Below are positions 52,068 to 62,900 of a DNA stretch of 64,000 bases, one piece after another. The notes under the pieces are model-generated. The model was not told the origin of the DNA and ran no database searches. It was given only the letters and a program-made list of their open reading frames with translations. Position 1 is the first letter of the stretch. Every line of letters begins with the position of its first letter. Both the position numbers and the translations under genes were made by a program. The stretch comes from Woeseiaceae bacterium. Lineage in GTDB: Bacteria > Pseudomonadota > Gammaproteobacteria > Steroidobacterales > Woeseiaceae. The stretch spans positions 5,600 to 69,599 of the forward strand of contig JAZBNZ010000234.1 of NCBI GenBank assembly GCA_036350895.1, written 5' to 3'.

Positions 52068-53270
52068 TCAGCTCCCGTCCAGTTCGCCCAGGATACTGCG
52101 CACCTGGCCGCGAAGTTCCTCGGAGCGCTCGGCCCGGGCCAGGTACTGCCGCGCTGCAGACTCGTTGCCCGCACGCATCGCCGTGAGCCCGGTCAGCATC
52201 TCGAGGCGGTGAAGGTCCTCGTCTTCGGGATCGGTCATGCTGAGCGCCCTCTCGAATGCGGCATACGACTTTTCCCACTCCGCGTCCTCGAAGTGGATGC
52301 TCGCAAGGAACTCGAGTGTCTTGGCGTCGGGTTCGATCTCCGTCGACCTCCAGAGCGCAGTCTTCGCATTCCCGCGCTCCCTGGCCAGCATCCAGAGATC
52401 CCCGAGCTGCCGCCAGGTCTCCGCGTCCCCCTCGACCTTGCCCTCTTCGATCCAGCCGGCGAGCCGGCGTGCGGCACGCTCCGGGACATAGACCTGGCTG
52501 TACAGCGAGGCGATCCGCCGGAGATCCGACTCCGTTTGCATCGCGCCGGTCAGTGACGCCACCTCGGCCGTCGCGAGGGCCTGCCTGTAGTTCTCGAGGC
52601 GCATGTGGTGGCTCGCGAGCAGGCGCCAGAACTGTTCGTTGCCCGGCTCGCGGTTCACCAGGCCGACCGCGATGCGTTCCGCGGCGGCATAGTCTTCGGA
52701 TTCGAACAATACCTGGTAGTAGAGCCGCAGCCAGTTGTCCGGCGGCTTCGAAGACTCGTCGATCGCACGCGAGACGAAAGTGCGCGCTTCCGGCAGATGA
52801 CCGGACATGTAGTTGGCGTAACCAATGGAGAACAACTGGGCAGGGCTCGGCGGTTCGTCGGTGATCGCGAGCCACTCGTCGAACAGACGTTTTGCGAGCT
52901 CGAATTCCTCGTCGCCGATGACGATCTGCGCATAGAACATCTTGAGTTCACCCAGCAGCTGCTCCGGCAGGCCCGGCATCCCGAGCGCCGCCTCGAGCGC
53001 AGGACGGGCCCGCTCCTGCTCGCCCATCATGACCGCCGTATGCGCAAGATACTGGTTTGCGAGCGCAAAATCGTACGGCTTGTCGCGCGTCGACGCGACG
53101 AGTTCCTCCAGCATCGTGATCGCTTCGGGATAGCGGTCTTCTTCCCAGAGTTCCTGCACATCCATGAGCTTCACGAAGGTCGAGCGGGAGGCCTGGGGAT
53201 CGGCTGCAAACGTCGTCGCGGCGAGCAGGCCGAGCACGACGATTGACACTATCGCAACGGGCCGTCTCAT
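52068..53270 (-). CDS. Secreted TPR-repeat protein, last gene of the TonB operon (TtpD-like)
   Basis: Signal peptide MRRPVAIVSIVVLGLLAATTFAADP, followed by repeated helical TPR-like units. The ATG overlaps the tonB stop (ATGA). Confidence 0.7.
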   Translation of the reverse strand: MRRPVAIVSIVVLGLLAATTFAADPQASRSTFVKLMDVQELWEEDRYPEAITMLEELVASTRDKPYDFALANQYLAHTAVMMGEQERARPALEAALGMPGLPEQLLGELKMFYAQIVIGDEEFELAKRLFDEWLAITDEPPSPAQLFSIGYANYMSGHLPEARTFVSRAIDESSKPPDNWLRLYYQVLFESEDYAAAERIAVGLVNREPGNEQFWRLLASHHMRLENYRQALATAEVASLTGAMQTESDLRRIASLYSQVYVPERAARRLAGWIEEGKVEGDAETWRQLGDLWMLARERGNAKTALWRSTEIEPDAKTLEFLASIHFEDAEWEKSYAAFERALSMTDPEDEDLHRLEMLTGLTAMRAGNESAARQYLARAERSEELRGQVRSILGELDGS

Positions 53271-53902
53271 CGCTCCGCTTCCTTGTCCGCGAGGACGAAA
53301 CGGACGGTCGAGATGGCGTAGACGCGGGTCGGCTTGCCGTCGCGAATCTGCGGCTGGAACTTCCAGCGCAGGACCGAGCGGCGCGCCGCGCGGTCGAACA
53401 CGCCGGAAGGCTCGGAACGCAGCACTTCCGGATCCTCGACCGAACCGGTCTCGGTCACGATGAAGCGGAGCATGACGTAACCCTCGATCCCGTCCGAGAG
53501 GGCACGGACCGGGTAATCCGGGGGCACGCGAACGAGCGGCGTCAGTTCACGGGCGATCGCGATGTCGCTGCCGAGATCGAGCCCGACATCCACGTCGAAC
53601 TCGGGCACGTCGAACGCGAGGTCGCCGAGGCCGCTCGAACTCGCCGCCGAGAGACGCCGCAGGTCCTTCTGAACCTCGCTCCGGGGTTTCTGCGGCGCGG
53701 TCGGCTCACGGCGCGAACGCACTTCCCTCGAATCCTCCTGCATCCGGATGAAGTTGGCGATATCGAAGTCTTCGGTCGCCGTGAGGCGGACGCGCTTGAC
53801 GCCGACCATGAACTCGATGGCCGTGAATAGCAGCACGTTGACGAGGAGTGCGGCCAGCAATATCGCCGGCAGGCGCAGCGACGGATGAATCGCCGCGGCC
53901 AT
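53267..53902 (-). CDS. tonB: Energy transducer TonB
   Basis: N-terminal TM anchor and a C-terminal TonB domain (VPPDYPVRALSDGIEGYVMLRFIVTETGSVEDPEVL...). Confidence 0.8.
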   Translation of the reverse strand: MAAAIHPSLRLPAILLAALLVNVLLFTAIEFMVGVKRVRLTATEDFDIANFIRMQEDSREVRSRREPTAPQKPRSEVQKDLRRLSAASSSGLGDLAFDVPEFDVDVGLDLGSDIAIARELTPLVRVPPDYPVRALSDGIEGYVMLRFIVTETGSVEDPEVLRSEPSGVFDRAARRSVLRWKFQPQIRDGKPTRVYAISTVRFVLADKEAER

Positions 53903-53904
53903 GG

Positions 53905-54318
53905 CTACCGCCCGGGCGGCGTGGCCGCGACTGCCACGTTTTCGACGCCCGCCAGGCGAGCCTGGTCGAGCACCTCGATGACGAGCCCGGTCCGCGATTC
54001 CTCGTCGGCGAGAATGACGACCGAACCTTCGGGGTTCTCGGCATGCAGGCGCTCCACATGGCCGCGGACGCTGCGGGGGTCGACTCGCTGCCTGTCGACC
54101 CAGACCTCGTCGTTCTCCGTCACGGCGATCATGATGTTCGCCTGCTGCTTCGTCTGCGCCGTGCGCGCGCTGGGCCGTTCGATTTCGACGCCGGCTTCCT
54201 TGACGAAGGAGGCGTTGACAGCGAAGAAGATCAGCAGGATGAAGACCATGTCGATCAGCGGCGTGATATTGAGGGCCGTGGGGCCGGCTTCGGATTTCAG
54301 ATGGTCACGGGTTGCCAT
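53905..54318 (-). CDS. exbD: Biopolymer transport protein ExbD/TolR (137 aa)
   Basis: ...ALNITPLIDMVFILLIFF..., followed by a periplasmic domain. The ATG at 54318 overlaps the exbB stop (TAATG). The track's 281-aa ORF is an extension. Confidence 0.88.
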   Translation of the reverse strand: MATRDHLKSEAGPTALNITPLIDMVFILLIFFAVNASFVKEAGVEIERPSARTAQTKQQANIMIAVTENDEVWVDRQRVDPRSVRGHVERLHAENPEGSVVILADEESRTGLVIEVLDQARLAGVENVAVAATPPGR

Positions 54319-54815
54319 TACTGCTCCTCGACGAGTTCCGCTTCGAAGCGTCGCGCCAGCTCCTGTGCACGGCTCTCGAGATCGGACACGAAATACAGCC
54401 CGGCCAGCGCGGTGAACAGGCCGGCCATCGTCGTGACCAGGGCCTCGGAAATACCGAAGGCCATGCCACGCGTATTGCCGCTGCCGAACACCGTGATGAC
54501 GTCGAATACCTTGATCATCCCGGACACGGTGCCGAGGAGGCCGAGGAGCGGCAGAATCGTCGTCAGCGCATTGAGCGCCGGCAAGTTGCGGCTCGCTTCC
54601 GCCCGCAGATCGCCGACCAGGGCCTGGATCCGCGTGAACGACTGGTATTCGCCCATCGCCCGGCGATTTTTCCACTCTTCGTAAAGCCGGGCACGCAGCA
54701 CCGGCAGTTCGCGGAAGTGCGCCCAGTAGCGCTCGATGATCAGGATCCACAGCAGGATAGACGCAAACAGGATCGCCCAGAGCGTGGCGCCGCCCTGCTC
54801 GAACAGGGCGGACAT
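54318..54815 (-). CDS. exbB: MotA/TolQ/ExbB proton-channel protein (165 aa)
   Basis: MSALFEQGGATLWAILFASILLWILIIERYW...GLLGTVSGMIKVF. Start re-picked at the ATG at 54815, preceded by GGAAGGG; the track start at 54842 overlaps the upstream gene. Confidence 0.88.
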   Translation of the reverse strand: MSALFEQGGATLWAILFASILLWILIIERYWAHFRELPVLRARLYEEWKNRRAMGEYQSFTRIQALVGDLRAEASRNLPALNALTTILPLLGLLGTVSGMIKVFDVITVFGSGNTRGMAFGISEALVTTMAGLFTALAGLYFVSDLESRAQELARRFEAELVEEQ

Positions 54816-54828
54816 CCCTTCCGTGTAG

Positions 54829-56157
54829 TTAGTCCACCCCATAACCCGTCAACATGTCGCTGTTGTATTTGCCGAGCTTCTCGACGAGGCGATTGACCTG
54901 GCCCGTCAGGAGCGAATGCAGGAGGACCAGCGGGATCGCTACCGCGAGCCCGAGCTGCGTGGTCACGAGCGCCTGCGAGATACCGCCGGACATGAGTTTC
55001 GGATCCCCGGTGCCGAACAGCGTGATCGACTGGAATGTCTCGATCATCCCCGTCACGGTACCCAGGAGCCCGAGCAGCGGGCTGACCGCCGCCAGCACTG
55101 CAACGGTCGGCAGTCCCCGGTTCAGCATCGAACTCTCTTCCGCAAGCTGCTCTTCCAGCCGGATGGCCGTCGCCTCCGGGTCTTCCTGCTGGTGATCCAG
55201 CGCGATCTTCCTGAGCCGGCCCAGCGCATTTCTGGAGCTCGGCGTGTCGCTGCCGGCCTGATTTTCGACGGCGCGTCGGGCGAGGAACAGTCCGACGGCC
55301 CTGCGCAGCACGATGAGCAGGCCGATGCTGCCGAGGCCGAGAATCAGGTAGCCGATGATGCCGCCCTGGTCGATACGCTCCTGCATGTCGGGGGACTGCA
55401 CCATCAGGCTCAGGATCGCGCCTTTCGATGGGTCGAGGGCCATTGCCGTAACGCCCGACGTGGTTTCCTGCAGGTTCATGGCCATGTTCCGGAACCGTGC
55501 CGGCGGCTGGCGGCTCAGCTCGACCAGCTTGCCCGCGTCGGGCAGGTAGCGCAGGAAGGCGCCATTACTGACGGCGGTGAAGACGCCGGCGCGCGTCACG
55601 ACTTGCTCGGCCTCGTCGCCCTGCGGCTTGATCACGGTTGCGTCGAACTTGACGACCTTGCCCGACTCGCTGATCTCGGTCAGCACACTCGTCCAGAGCC
55701 GCTTGATGTCGTCGATCGACGGCGGTGTCTGTCCCTTGCCGAGTTCCTCGAGGAAGGGTGAACGGTCGACCTCCTCCGCGGCGACGAGGGAGTTCTTCAG
55801 GAAGCTGTTCGCGTTGAGTGCTGCCTGCCGCACGATCGCGAACGTATCGTTGAGATCGCCGGCCCGCTCGGTCAGTTCGCCTTCGTAGCGCGTCAGCGTG
55901 CGTTCGTTTTCCTCGTACTCGGCGCGCAGCGCATCGGCACGTGAATTGGCACGGGCGAGTTCGGCCCTGGCCTCGCGAAGCAGTTCTGCCTGGGCATCCC
56001 GCGCGTCCAGGAACCGTTCGATGCGCTCCTCGTCGAACGCCGCCTCCTTGAGCGCTTCCTGGCGGACGGCCTCGACGAGGTCGTCGATCTCTTCGATGCT
56101 GGCGAAAGCTGCGGGTGCAAGCGACGCTGCGAACAGGGCTACGATCAGTCTTTTCAT
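54829..56157 (-). CDS. Large MotA/TolQ/ExbB-family protein with an N-terminal periplasmic coiled-coil domain (TtpC-like, 442 aa)
   Basis: Signal peptide, about 250 aa of periplasmic helical region, then an ExbB-type C-terminus (LLGLLGTVTGMIETF...ALVTTQLGL). The ATG overlaps the upstream stop (ATGA). Confidence 0.75.
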   Translation of the reverse strand: MKRLIVALFAASLAPAAFASIEEIDDLVEAVRQEALKEAAFDEERIERFLDARDAQAELLREARAELARANSRADALRAEYEENERTLTRYEGELTERAGDLNDTFAIVRQAALNANSFLKNSLVAAEEVDRSPFLEELGKGQTPPSIDDIKRLWTSVLTEISESGKVVKFDATVIKPQGDEAEQVVTRAGVFTAVSNGAFLRYLPDAGKLVELSRQPPARFRNMAMNLQETTSGVTAMALDPSKGAILSLMVQSPDMQERIDQGGIIGYLILGLGSIGLLIVLRRAVGLFLARRAVENQAGSDTPSSRNALGRLRKIALDHQQEDPEATAIRLEEQLAEESSMLNRGLPTVAVLAAVSPLLGLLGTVTGMIETFQSITLFGTGDPKLMSGGISQALVTTQLGLAVAIPLVLLHSLLTGQVNRLVEKLGKYNSDMLTGYGVD

Positions 56158-56921
56158 GTCCTGTCCTCCGGCGCCGGGACGGGCAGGCGCACGAGATCAG
56201 GCGGCAACTGCTTGCGCGCTATGCGGATCGCACGATCGAGCGGCTGCAGGTACTCGCTGCCAAGCTGCTCCCACTGGTCCGTCTGGTTGTTGTAAAAGCC
56301 GGCCCCGAGGCCATCGAGGGTGAGGTAAAACAGCCCGAGCCGGCCGAAGCGCAGGAAGTTGACCGTCCGCGACTGGCCCTGGTCTTCCAGTTCGCCCTCG
56401 TAGGCCTCGATGGTATGGCCGTACTCCAGCTCGATCTGGTAGGCCTCGCTGACGCGCCGGTACTTCTCCGACGTCGGGACTTCCGGGCGCTCCATGAGTT
56501 TCCTGAGCTCCGCGATCCGCATCCGGCGCTCGCGCTCGAGAAACGGTATGTCGAGGCCGACGAATTCGTCGAGGACCTCGATCTGCCGGACGATGAGCGG
56601 CAGGATCCGGCGCTTGGTCACCTCGATGTCGTTGAACTGCCGCTCGTAGTCCGCCAGCTCGACACGCTGGGTTGCGACGAGGCGCTCCAGCTGCTCATTG
56701 TAGGCATTCAGGTCGCTGATCTGGGCCGTCGCCTGCCGGTACTCCTCGAGCATCTGCCGGGTGGCATCATCCAGCCGGTCGATACGCTGCTGTACGGAGG
56801 CGCTGGCCTCGATGCTCTGCGACTCGACGTCGACCGCTTGCTCGACGCTCTGCTGGGCGTCGGCAATACCGGTGTCAGTGGCGAGGACGATTCCGAACAG
56901 CAACAGGCAGGCTGTACGCAT
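56154..56921 (-). CDS. Secreted coiled-coil protein, first gene of the TonB2-type operon (DUF3450/TtpB-like)
   Basis: Signal peptide MRTACLLLFGIVLATDTGIADA, followed by a long heptad-rich helical region. The family assignment rests on position and architecture only. Confidence 0.6.
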   Translation of the reverse strand: MRTACLLLFGIVLATDTGIADAQQSVEQAVDVESQSIEASASVQQRIDRLDDATRQMLEEYRQATAQISDLNAYNEQLERLVATQRVELADYERQFNDIEVTKRRILPLIVRQIEVLDEFVGLDIPFLERERRMRIAELRKLMERPEVPTSEKYRRVSEAYQIELEYGHTIEAYEGELEDQGQSRTVNFLRFGRLGLFYLTLDGLGAGFYNNQTDQWEQLGSEYLQPLDRAIRIARKQLPPDLVRLPVPAPEDRT

Positions 56922-57146
56922 GGCATTCCCCTTGAGGCCGTAGCATTTCTCCGGGTTTCTAACCCAGTGTAGAAGAACTGCCCGCAGCCATCGTCAGGGA
57001 TATTACGTAGCGAATTCGCGCTGCCGAAGGGCCCCGGGACCGACCCGGGCCCGGCCGCAAAATGGGCACTGCGTACATCCGGATGTCACGAACTCCGGGT
57101 ACAGTTCGTTGTCCATTGATTATCCGATCGATTCAGGGACTCGACG

Positions 57147-57947
57147 ATGACGGACCAGACGACAGAAACCGGCGCGGTGGAGCGACTGCGCCCATCCGGC
57201 TACGGCTTTCGCTTTCTCGGCATCGGTGGCCCCGGGGCCGCGCTGGGTCCGTTTGCCGTAGCGGAAAAGGACGGCGCCCCCCTCTTGATGATCGACTGCC
57301 CGCCCGGTGCGCTCGAGGCCTACCGCGAACAGTACGCCGCGGTACCGCGAAACCTCTACATCACCCATACGCACCTCGATCACGTCGGCGGCATGGAAGA
57401 GCTGTTTCACGGGATCATCGCAGACGTCGAGGAGGATCCGGCACAGCGCGTCCGCGTGTTCGCGCATGCCGCGATCATCCCCTCGCTCCAGGAGCGGCTC
57501 GTCTGTAACAAGTTCATCCGGGCGGAAGGTGGTATCAACTTCTGGGACGCCTTCCAGCTCGTACCGGTATCCGCCGGTTTCTGGATCGGCAATGCCTGGT
57601 TCCACGTGTTCGAGTCGAGGCACATGCAGCCTCGCTTCTGCTTCGGTGTCGGCCTCGAGGGGGCCTTCGTCTACACCGGCGATACGCGGCCTATTCCCGA
57701 AGTGCTGGCGAGCGTTGCCGACGAGGGCGAGACAATCTTCCACGACTGCGCCCTGCGGGCCAATCCCGCGCATACCGGCTTCGTCGACCTGCTCAACGAA
57801 TACCCGGCCGACCTCCTGAACCGGGTCGTCTGCTACCACTACGGCTCGGAGACCGAGGCAGCGCGGCTCGAAGCACACGGCTTCCGCGTCGCGCGGGCCG
57901 GCGAGGCGCTGTCGATACCCTGCCTGGGCAGCCAGGCGGCCGCCTAA
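57147..57947 (+). CDS. MBL-fold metallo-hydrolase
   Basis: Metal-binding motif ITHTHLDHVGG (HxHxDH) and later His/Asp residues (HDCALR...H). Confidence 0.75.
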   Translation: MTDQTTETGAVERLRPSGYGFRFLGIGGPGAALGPFAVAEKDGAPLLMIDCPPGALEAYREQYAAVPRNLYITHTHLDHVGGMEELFHGIIADVEEDPAQRVRVFAHAAIIPSLQERLVCNKFIRAEGGINFWDAFQLVPVSAGFWIGNAWFHVFESRHMQPRFCFGVGLEGAFVYTGDTRPIPEVLASVADEGETIFHDCALRANPAHTGFVDLLNEYPADLLNRVVCYHYGSETEAARLEAHGFRVARAGEALSIPCLGSQAAA

Positions 57948-58120
57948 CGCCCGCCACCACCGGCCTGGCGGGACTTGCATCGGCGTTCGCAGGTGCCGCG
58001 GGAAACATTGCATCGCTGCTACATTGCCCCTAGCATTGTGCGCTGCACAAAATCCCCGGAAATCCCGGAACCAACTCCCGCGGCGCCCGGCGTGCCGGAC
58101 CTCGGGCAACAGGACAGCGC

Positions 58121-59911
58121 ATGCCGGACGAGCAAGACAGCAATTACACCCAGAAGAACGTCAACAATCTCCCGGCCGAGCTGCTGAACGTCCTCAAGAA
58201 GCAGCAGGGACCGCTCAAGCGGCTTCTTGCGGCGCCGGCGCGTTCGGTCACCGCGCTCGTCGACCCCTTCAACACCGCGGGCGCCTTCGTTCGCGGTGCG
58301 CGTGAACTCGCCATGCGTCCCGACAAACTGATCCGGGCGAACTTCGAACTGTGGCAGAAGCAGATGGCGCTCTGGGAGCACGTAACGCGGCGCATGCTCG
58401 GCCTCGATACCGAGCCGGTCGCGGCGCCGGACAGGGGCGACCGGCGCTTCAAGTCTCCCGAGTGGGACAACAACCCGGTGTTCGACGTGATCCGCCAGTC
58501 CTACCTTGTCACGAGCCGCTGGCTCGTCGACACGATGTCGGACGTCGACAACCTGAGCGAGGAAGACGCCCACAAGATCCGCTTCCATACCCAGCAGATC
58601 GCCGATGCGCTGTCGCCCAGCAATTTCTTCTGGACGAATCCGGAGGTCCTGCGCGAGACCCTCGACTCGCGCGGCAAGAACCTGGTTCGAGGCTTCAGGA
58701 ATCTCAAGCGGGACGTCGAGGCGGGCGGCGGCCGGCTGAAGATCGCGATGACGGACGAGGCGGCGTTCGAACTCGGCCGTAACATCGCGACGACACCCGG
58801 CAAGGTCGTATTCGAAAACGAGATCCTGCAGCTGATCCAGTACGAACCGACCACGAAGACCGTCTTCCGGCGGCCACTGGTCATCTTCCCGCCGTGGATC
58901 AACAAGTTCTACATACTCGACCTGCAGCCGGAAAACTCCTTCATCCGCTGGGCGGTCGACCGCGGCTACACGGTATTCGTCGCCTCCTGGGCCAACCCGG
59001 ACGAGGAACTCGCGGAGCGCACGATGACGGATTACCTGCAGCAGGGCATCCTCGCGGCCCTCGACGCCGTCGAGGACGCCACGGGCGAGCGCGAGATCAC
59101 GACGATCGGCTACTGCATCGGCGGTACGCTCATGGGTGCCGCCCTCGCCTACATGGCTGCGACCGGTGACGACCGCGTCAAGGCGAACACATTCTTCGCC
59201 GCACAGATGGACTTCTCCGAGGCGGGCGACCTCAGGGTATTCATCGACGAGAAGCAGCTCGAAAACCTGGACGACAAGATGTCGGAGCGCGGTTACCTCG
59301 ACGGGGACGCCATGTACGCGTCCTTCAACCTGCTGCGTGCCAATGACCTCATCTGGTCGTTCTACGTAAATAACTACCTGCTCGGCAAGGAACCGCTGCA
59401 GTTCGACCTCCTGTACTGGAATGGCGACACGACGCGCATGCCCCGCGAGCTGCACATGTTCTACCTCCGGGAAATGTACCTGAAGAACAACCTCGCAAAG
59501 CCGGGCGGCATCGAGCTCGGCGGCGTGCCGATCGACCTGTCCAAAGTAGAAACACCGATCTATCTGCAGGCGGCTCGCGAAGACCACATTGCACCGTACC
59601 CGTCGGTCTTCAAGTCGAAAAACCTGTTTTCCGGGCCGGTCCGCTTCATGCTCGCAGGGTCCGGACACATTGCAGGCGTCATCAATCCGCCGGCGGCCGG
59701 TAAATACAACTACTGGATGAACGAAGAGCAGCCGGACGAGCTCGACGCCTGGGTCGAGGGTGCAACGTCGCATGCCGGTTCCTGGTGGAACGACTGGCAC
59801 GAGTGGCTGAGCGGCTACTCCGGGGAACAGGTGCCCGCGCGAATGCCCGGCGATGGCAAGCTCGACGTCATCGAAGACGCGCCGGGCTCATACGTCAGCG
59901 TCAAGAGCTGA
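58121..59911 (+). CDS. phaC: Class I poly(3-hydroxyalkanoate) synthase
   Basis: 596 aa. Lipase-box-like GYCIGGT with the catalytic Cys, a PhaC N-terminal domain, and conserved W/D/H downstream (GSGHIAG). Confidence 0.93.
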   Translation: MPDEQDSNYTQKNVNNLPAELLNVLKKQQGPLKRLLAAPARSVTALVDPFNTAGAFVRGARELAMRPDKLIRANFELWQKQMALWEHVTRRMLGLDTEPVAAPDRGDRRFKSPEWDNNPVFDVIRQSYLVTSRWLVDTMSDVDNLSEEDAHKIRFHTQQIADALSPSNFFWTNPEVLRETLDSRGKNLVRGFRNLKRDVEAGGGRLKIAMTDEAAFELGRNIATTPGKVVFENEILQLIQYEPTTKTVFRRPLVIFPPWINKFYILDLQPENSFIRWAVDRGYTVFVASWANPDEELAERTMTDYLQQGILAALDAVEDATGEREITTIGYCIGGTLMGAALAYMAATGDDRVKANTFFAAQMDFSEAGDLRVFIDEKQLENLDDKMSERGYLDGDAMYASFNLLRANDLIWSFYVNNYLLGKEPLQFDLLYWNGDTTRMPRELHMFYLREMYLKNNLAKPGGIELGGVPIDLSKVETPIYLQAAREDHIAPYPSVFKSKNLFSGPVRFMLAGSGHIAGVINPPAAGKYNYWMNEEQPDELDAWVEGATSHAGSWWNDWHEWLSGYSGEQVPARMPGDGKLDVIEDAPGSYVSVKS

Positions 59912-59965
59912 ACGCAGGGCTCCAACCCGGACGCACGGCTTCCGGCACACGTGAAGTCGGCGTGA

Positions 59966-62900
59966 TCAGGCCGGCTTGATGACGAACAGCAGGTCGCCCG
60001 TGTTGACCTGCGCGCCGTTGGACTGGTTCACACGCACGATCTTGTAGTGCTTGTCCGCAGGATACAGTTCGGTGTCACCGTTGAAGCTCGACAGCGACAC
60101 CGACGTGAACATCTTCATCGCCTCGATCTGGCAGAGCGTCTTGTCGACGCCGATCTTGTCACCGGGCTTCACGTAGGGCGGATCCGACGGCGATGCCGTC
60201 GCGTAGAAGATACCGGTCTGCGGTGACAGCACCTTGAGTTCTCTGGAGCCGTCGATCTCGATAGAGGTCGCGTCGCTCGAGACGCCGGTCGCCTCCATCT
60301 CTGCGAGCATGGCATCGGTATCGGTCCGGCGCAGGAAGGCCGGCAAATAACTCGTGTCGAACTCGCCCTTCACGAAGACCTCGTCCTCCAGCACGCGCGT
60401 GAGCACCGGGATGTTCGTACAGATACCCTTGATCTCGACCGCCTCGAGGTAGGCCTTGAGTTTGCGGAGTCCGTCCTCGCGATTCTCGCCGTACGCAATG
60501 ATCTGTGCCACGAGGCTGTCGTAGAACGGCGATACCGACTTGCCGGGCCCGATCGTCGCGATGACTTCGACGTCGTCCCACTCGGGAAAGACACAGGTTT
60601 CCAGCGTTCCCGGCGTAGGCACGAAATCGATATTGCCCGCCGCGTCGCGCACACCTTTTTCCGCGGTGACGCGGGCTTCGATCGCATAACCGCGACGGTT
60701 GATTTCCATGGACTCGATACTCTCGCCCTCGGCAATCCGGAATTGCGTATCGACGATGGAAATGCCGGTCGTCCATTCGGTAACCGGGTGCTCGACCTGG
60801 AGCCGCGTATTCATCTCCATGAAGTAAAGCGCGTTGTTCACGAGATCGAAGATGAACTCGACGGTACCGGCGCCGAGATAGTCGATTGCATCGGCAAGGC
60901 GCCGGGCGTGATCGTAGGCCGCCTGTTCGAGGTCCGCCGGCAACATAACCGACTCCGATTCCTCCAGGACCTTCTGGTTGTTGCGCTGCACGCTGCAATC
61001 GCGAAGCCCCAGTATCTTCGTGTTGCCGTGGCTGTCCCTCAGGATCTGGACCTCGATGTGGCGCAGCGACTCGACGAACTTCTCGAGGTAGAGATCGCCG
61101 CTGCCGAACGCACTCTTGGCCTCCGCGAACACGGTCATGAAGACGTCGCGGATCTCGTCAGGGGAGCGAACCACCTTGATGCCCTTGCCGCCGCCGCCGT
61201 GAACGGCCTTCAGGAGGACCGGGTAGCCGATCTCCTCGGCGACCTCCGCGGTTACCTCGGCACTGGTCAGGATGCCGTGACTCCCCGGCACGACCGGCAC
61301 GTCGTGGGACATGGCGGTGCTGATCGCGTTCGACTTGTTCCCCATGACGGCCATGTTGCGTGCCCACGGCCCGACGAAGTTGATGTGCCGGTCGCGGCAG
61401 GCCCGGGCGAATTCCTCGTTCTCGGACAGGAAGCCGATGCCCGGGTGCAGCGAATCCGCGCCGACACGCTCGGCAATCGCGAAGACGCTCATCGCGTTCA
61501 GATAACTCTCGTCGGGTGTCTGCCCGCCGAGGCTCAGGAGTTCGTCACCTTCGCCGAGCATATCCGCGGCAACGGAGTCCATATCCGGATCGGACTGCAC
61601 GAGTACGACTGCACTGTTCCGCTGCTTGGCAATGCGAATAAGCTTGACCGCCGTACACCCGCGCGCATGGATGAGCACGCGCTTGATCGGGCCCATCAGT
61701 GCTCGACCGTCCGCGGGCTCTTCGGCAGACGTGTCTACCGCCTCGGGCAACAGTGCGCCGGCAAAGATGCGTTCGATGACGTCCTCGACTGTTTCGGTCG
61801 GTACCGGAATGCGCGGATCGATGGCCCGCAGTTCCTGGTCGAGCGTCTCGGCGAACGGGTGCTTGACCAGGCCACGCATAGAACCCGGATTCGTGGACAG
61901 GTAGTTGGAGACGATGCACTGCGACGGCAGGAACGAAGGGACGACGACGCGACCGGCGAAAGGCATGTTCGCGCCGCTGAAGTAGTAGGTCTGGACCAGC
62001 GGGTGGGTGACGAAACTCGCCTGCGAGCCACCGGTGCAATCGCCGAATCCGAAGACGACGACCGGCAGGTCGTTGTCGCGAACGAAGCGCGTGATCCGGT
62101 CGTTGCAGACGGCCATCGCGAACAGCGCGCCCGGCCCCTCTTTCGTCTGCATGCCGCCGGATGAGACGAAACAGATCAGCGGCAGACGGTTTTCGACGCA
62201 CTCGTACAGGAGCCGCGAGAGCTTTTCGCTGCTCGCCATGTCGAATGCTCCGGCCTGGAACGCGACGTTCGATACCAGCACACCGACCCGTGACGCCGGC
62301 CCGAATGCCAGTCTCGCGGTGCCGGTAACGACCCCGCACGGTCGCTGACCATTCTCGAGCGCACGCTCGACGGAGAACCGGAAGCCCGGGAAGCTGACCG
62401 GGTCCGCCGTCATCAGGTTCGCGTCCAGTTCCTCGAAGTCCTGGAAGAAACGGTCGCAGATCGCCTCGACGGTCGTCAGCTTGCGAGCCTTGTGGCTGTC
62501 GAGCACCCGTTGCACGAGCACGTCGATGTAAGCGATGTCGAGCTGGTTCCAGAAATCCTTGCGCTTGCCGATGCGGGTGGGCTTGATCGTGCCGTCATAG
62601 CTGCCCTTGCCTTCCTGCACCTTGAGGAAGTCTGGAATCAACGACTCGAACATGAACGTGATCAGCACAAGGAGCGCGTCGGACAGGCGCGTGAAGTGGA
62701 CACGCTTCCATTCCTCGACGTCCTTCAGGAACGCACCGCGGCCGTTGAAGCGAACGAAGTAGCGTATCCATTCGGAGAAGGCATCGGCATTCGCGGCCAG
62801 GAAGCGCCCGGTCTCGCCCGTCTCCGCGTCGCCCTTGACCTGTCGCGCGGCCGACGCGAGTGAGCTGTCGAGCAGCTGGTGCAGGGACTCCTGCGAAATC

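Noticed and set aside
57115-57124. ATTGATTATC, whose reverse complement GATAATCAAT is a partial Fur-box half-site, between the TonB2-type operon and the MBL-fold gene
   Set aside because: Only about half of a 19-bp Fur box is present. It lies about 190 nt from the operon's first start codon and about 25 nt from the unrelated MBL-fold gene, which is insufficient to call iron regulation.
58051-58075. Near-tandem CCCGGAAAT / CCCGGAAC in the phaC leader, and a possible sigma-54 promoter in the same region
   Set aside because: There are only two imperfect 8-9 nt copies. No GG-N10-GC element with TGGCAC/TTGCA context is present.
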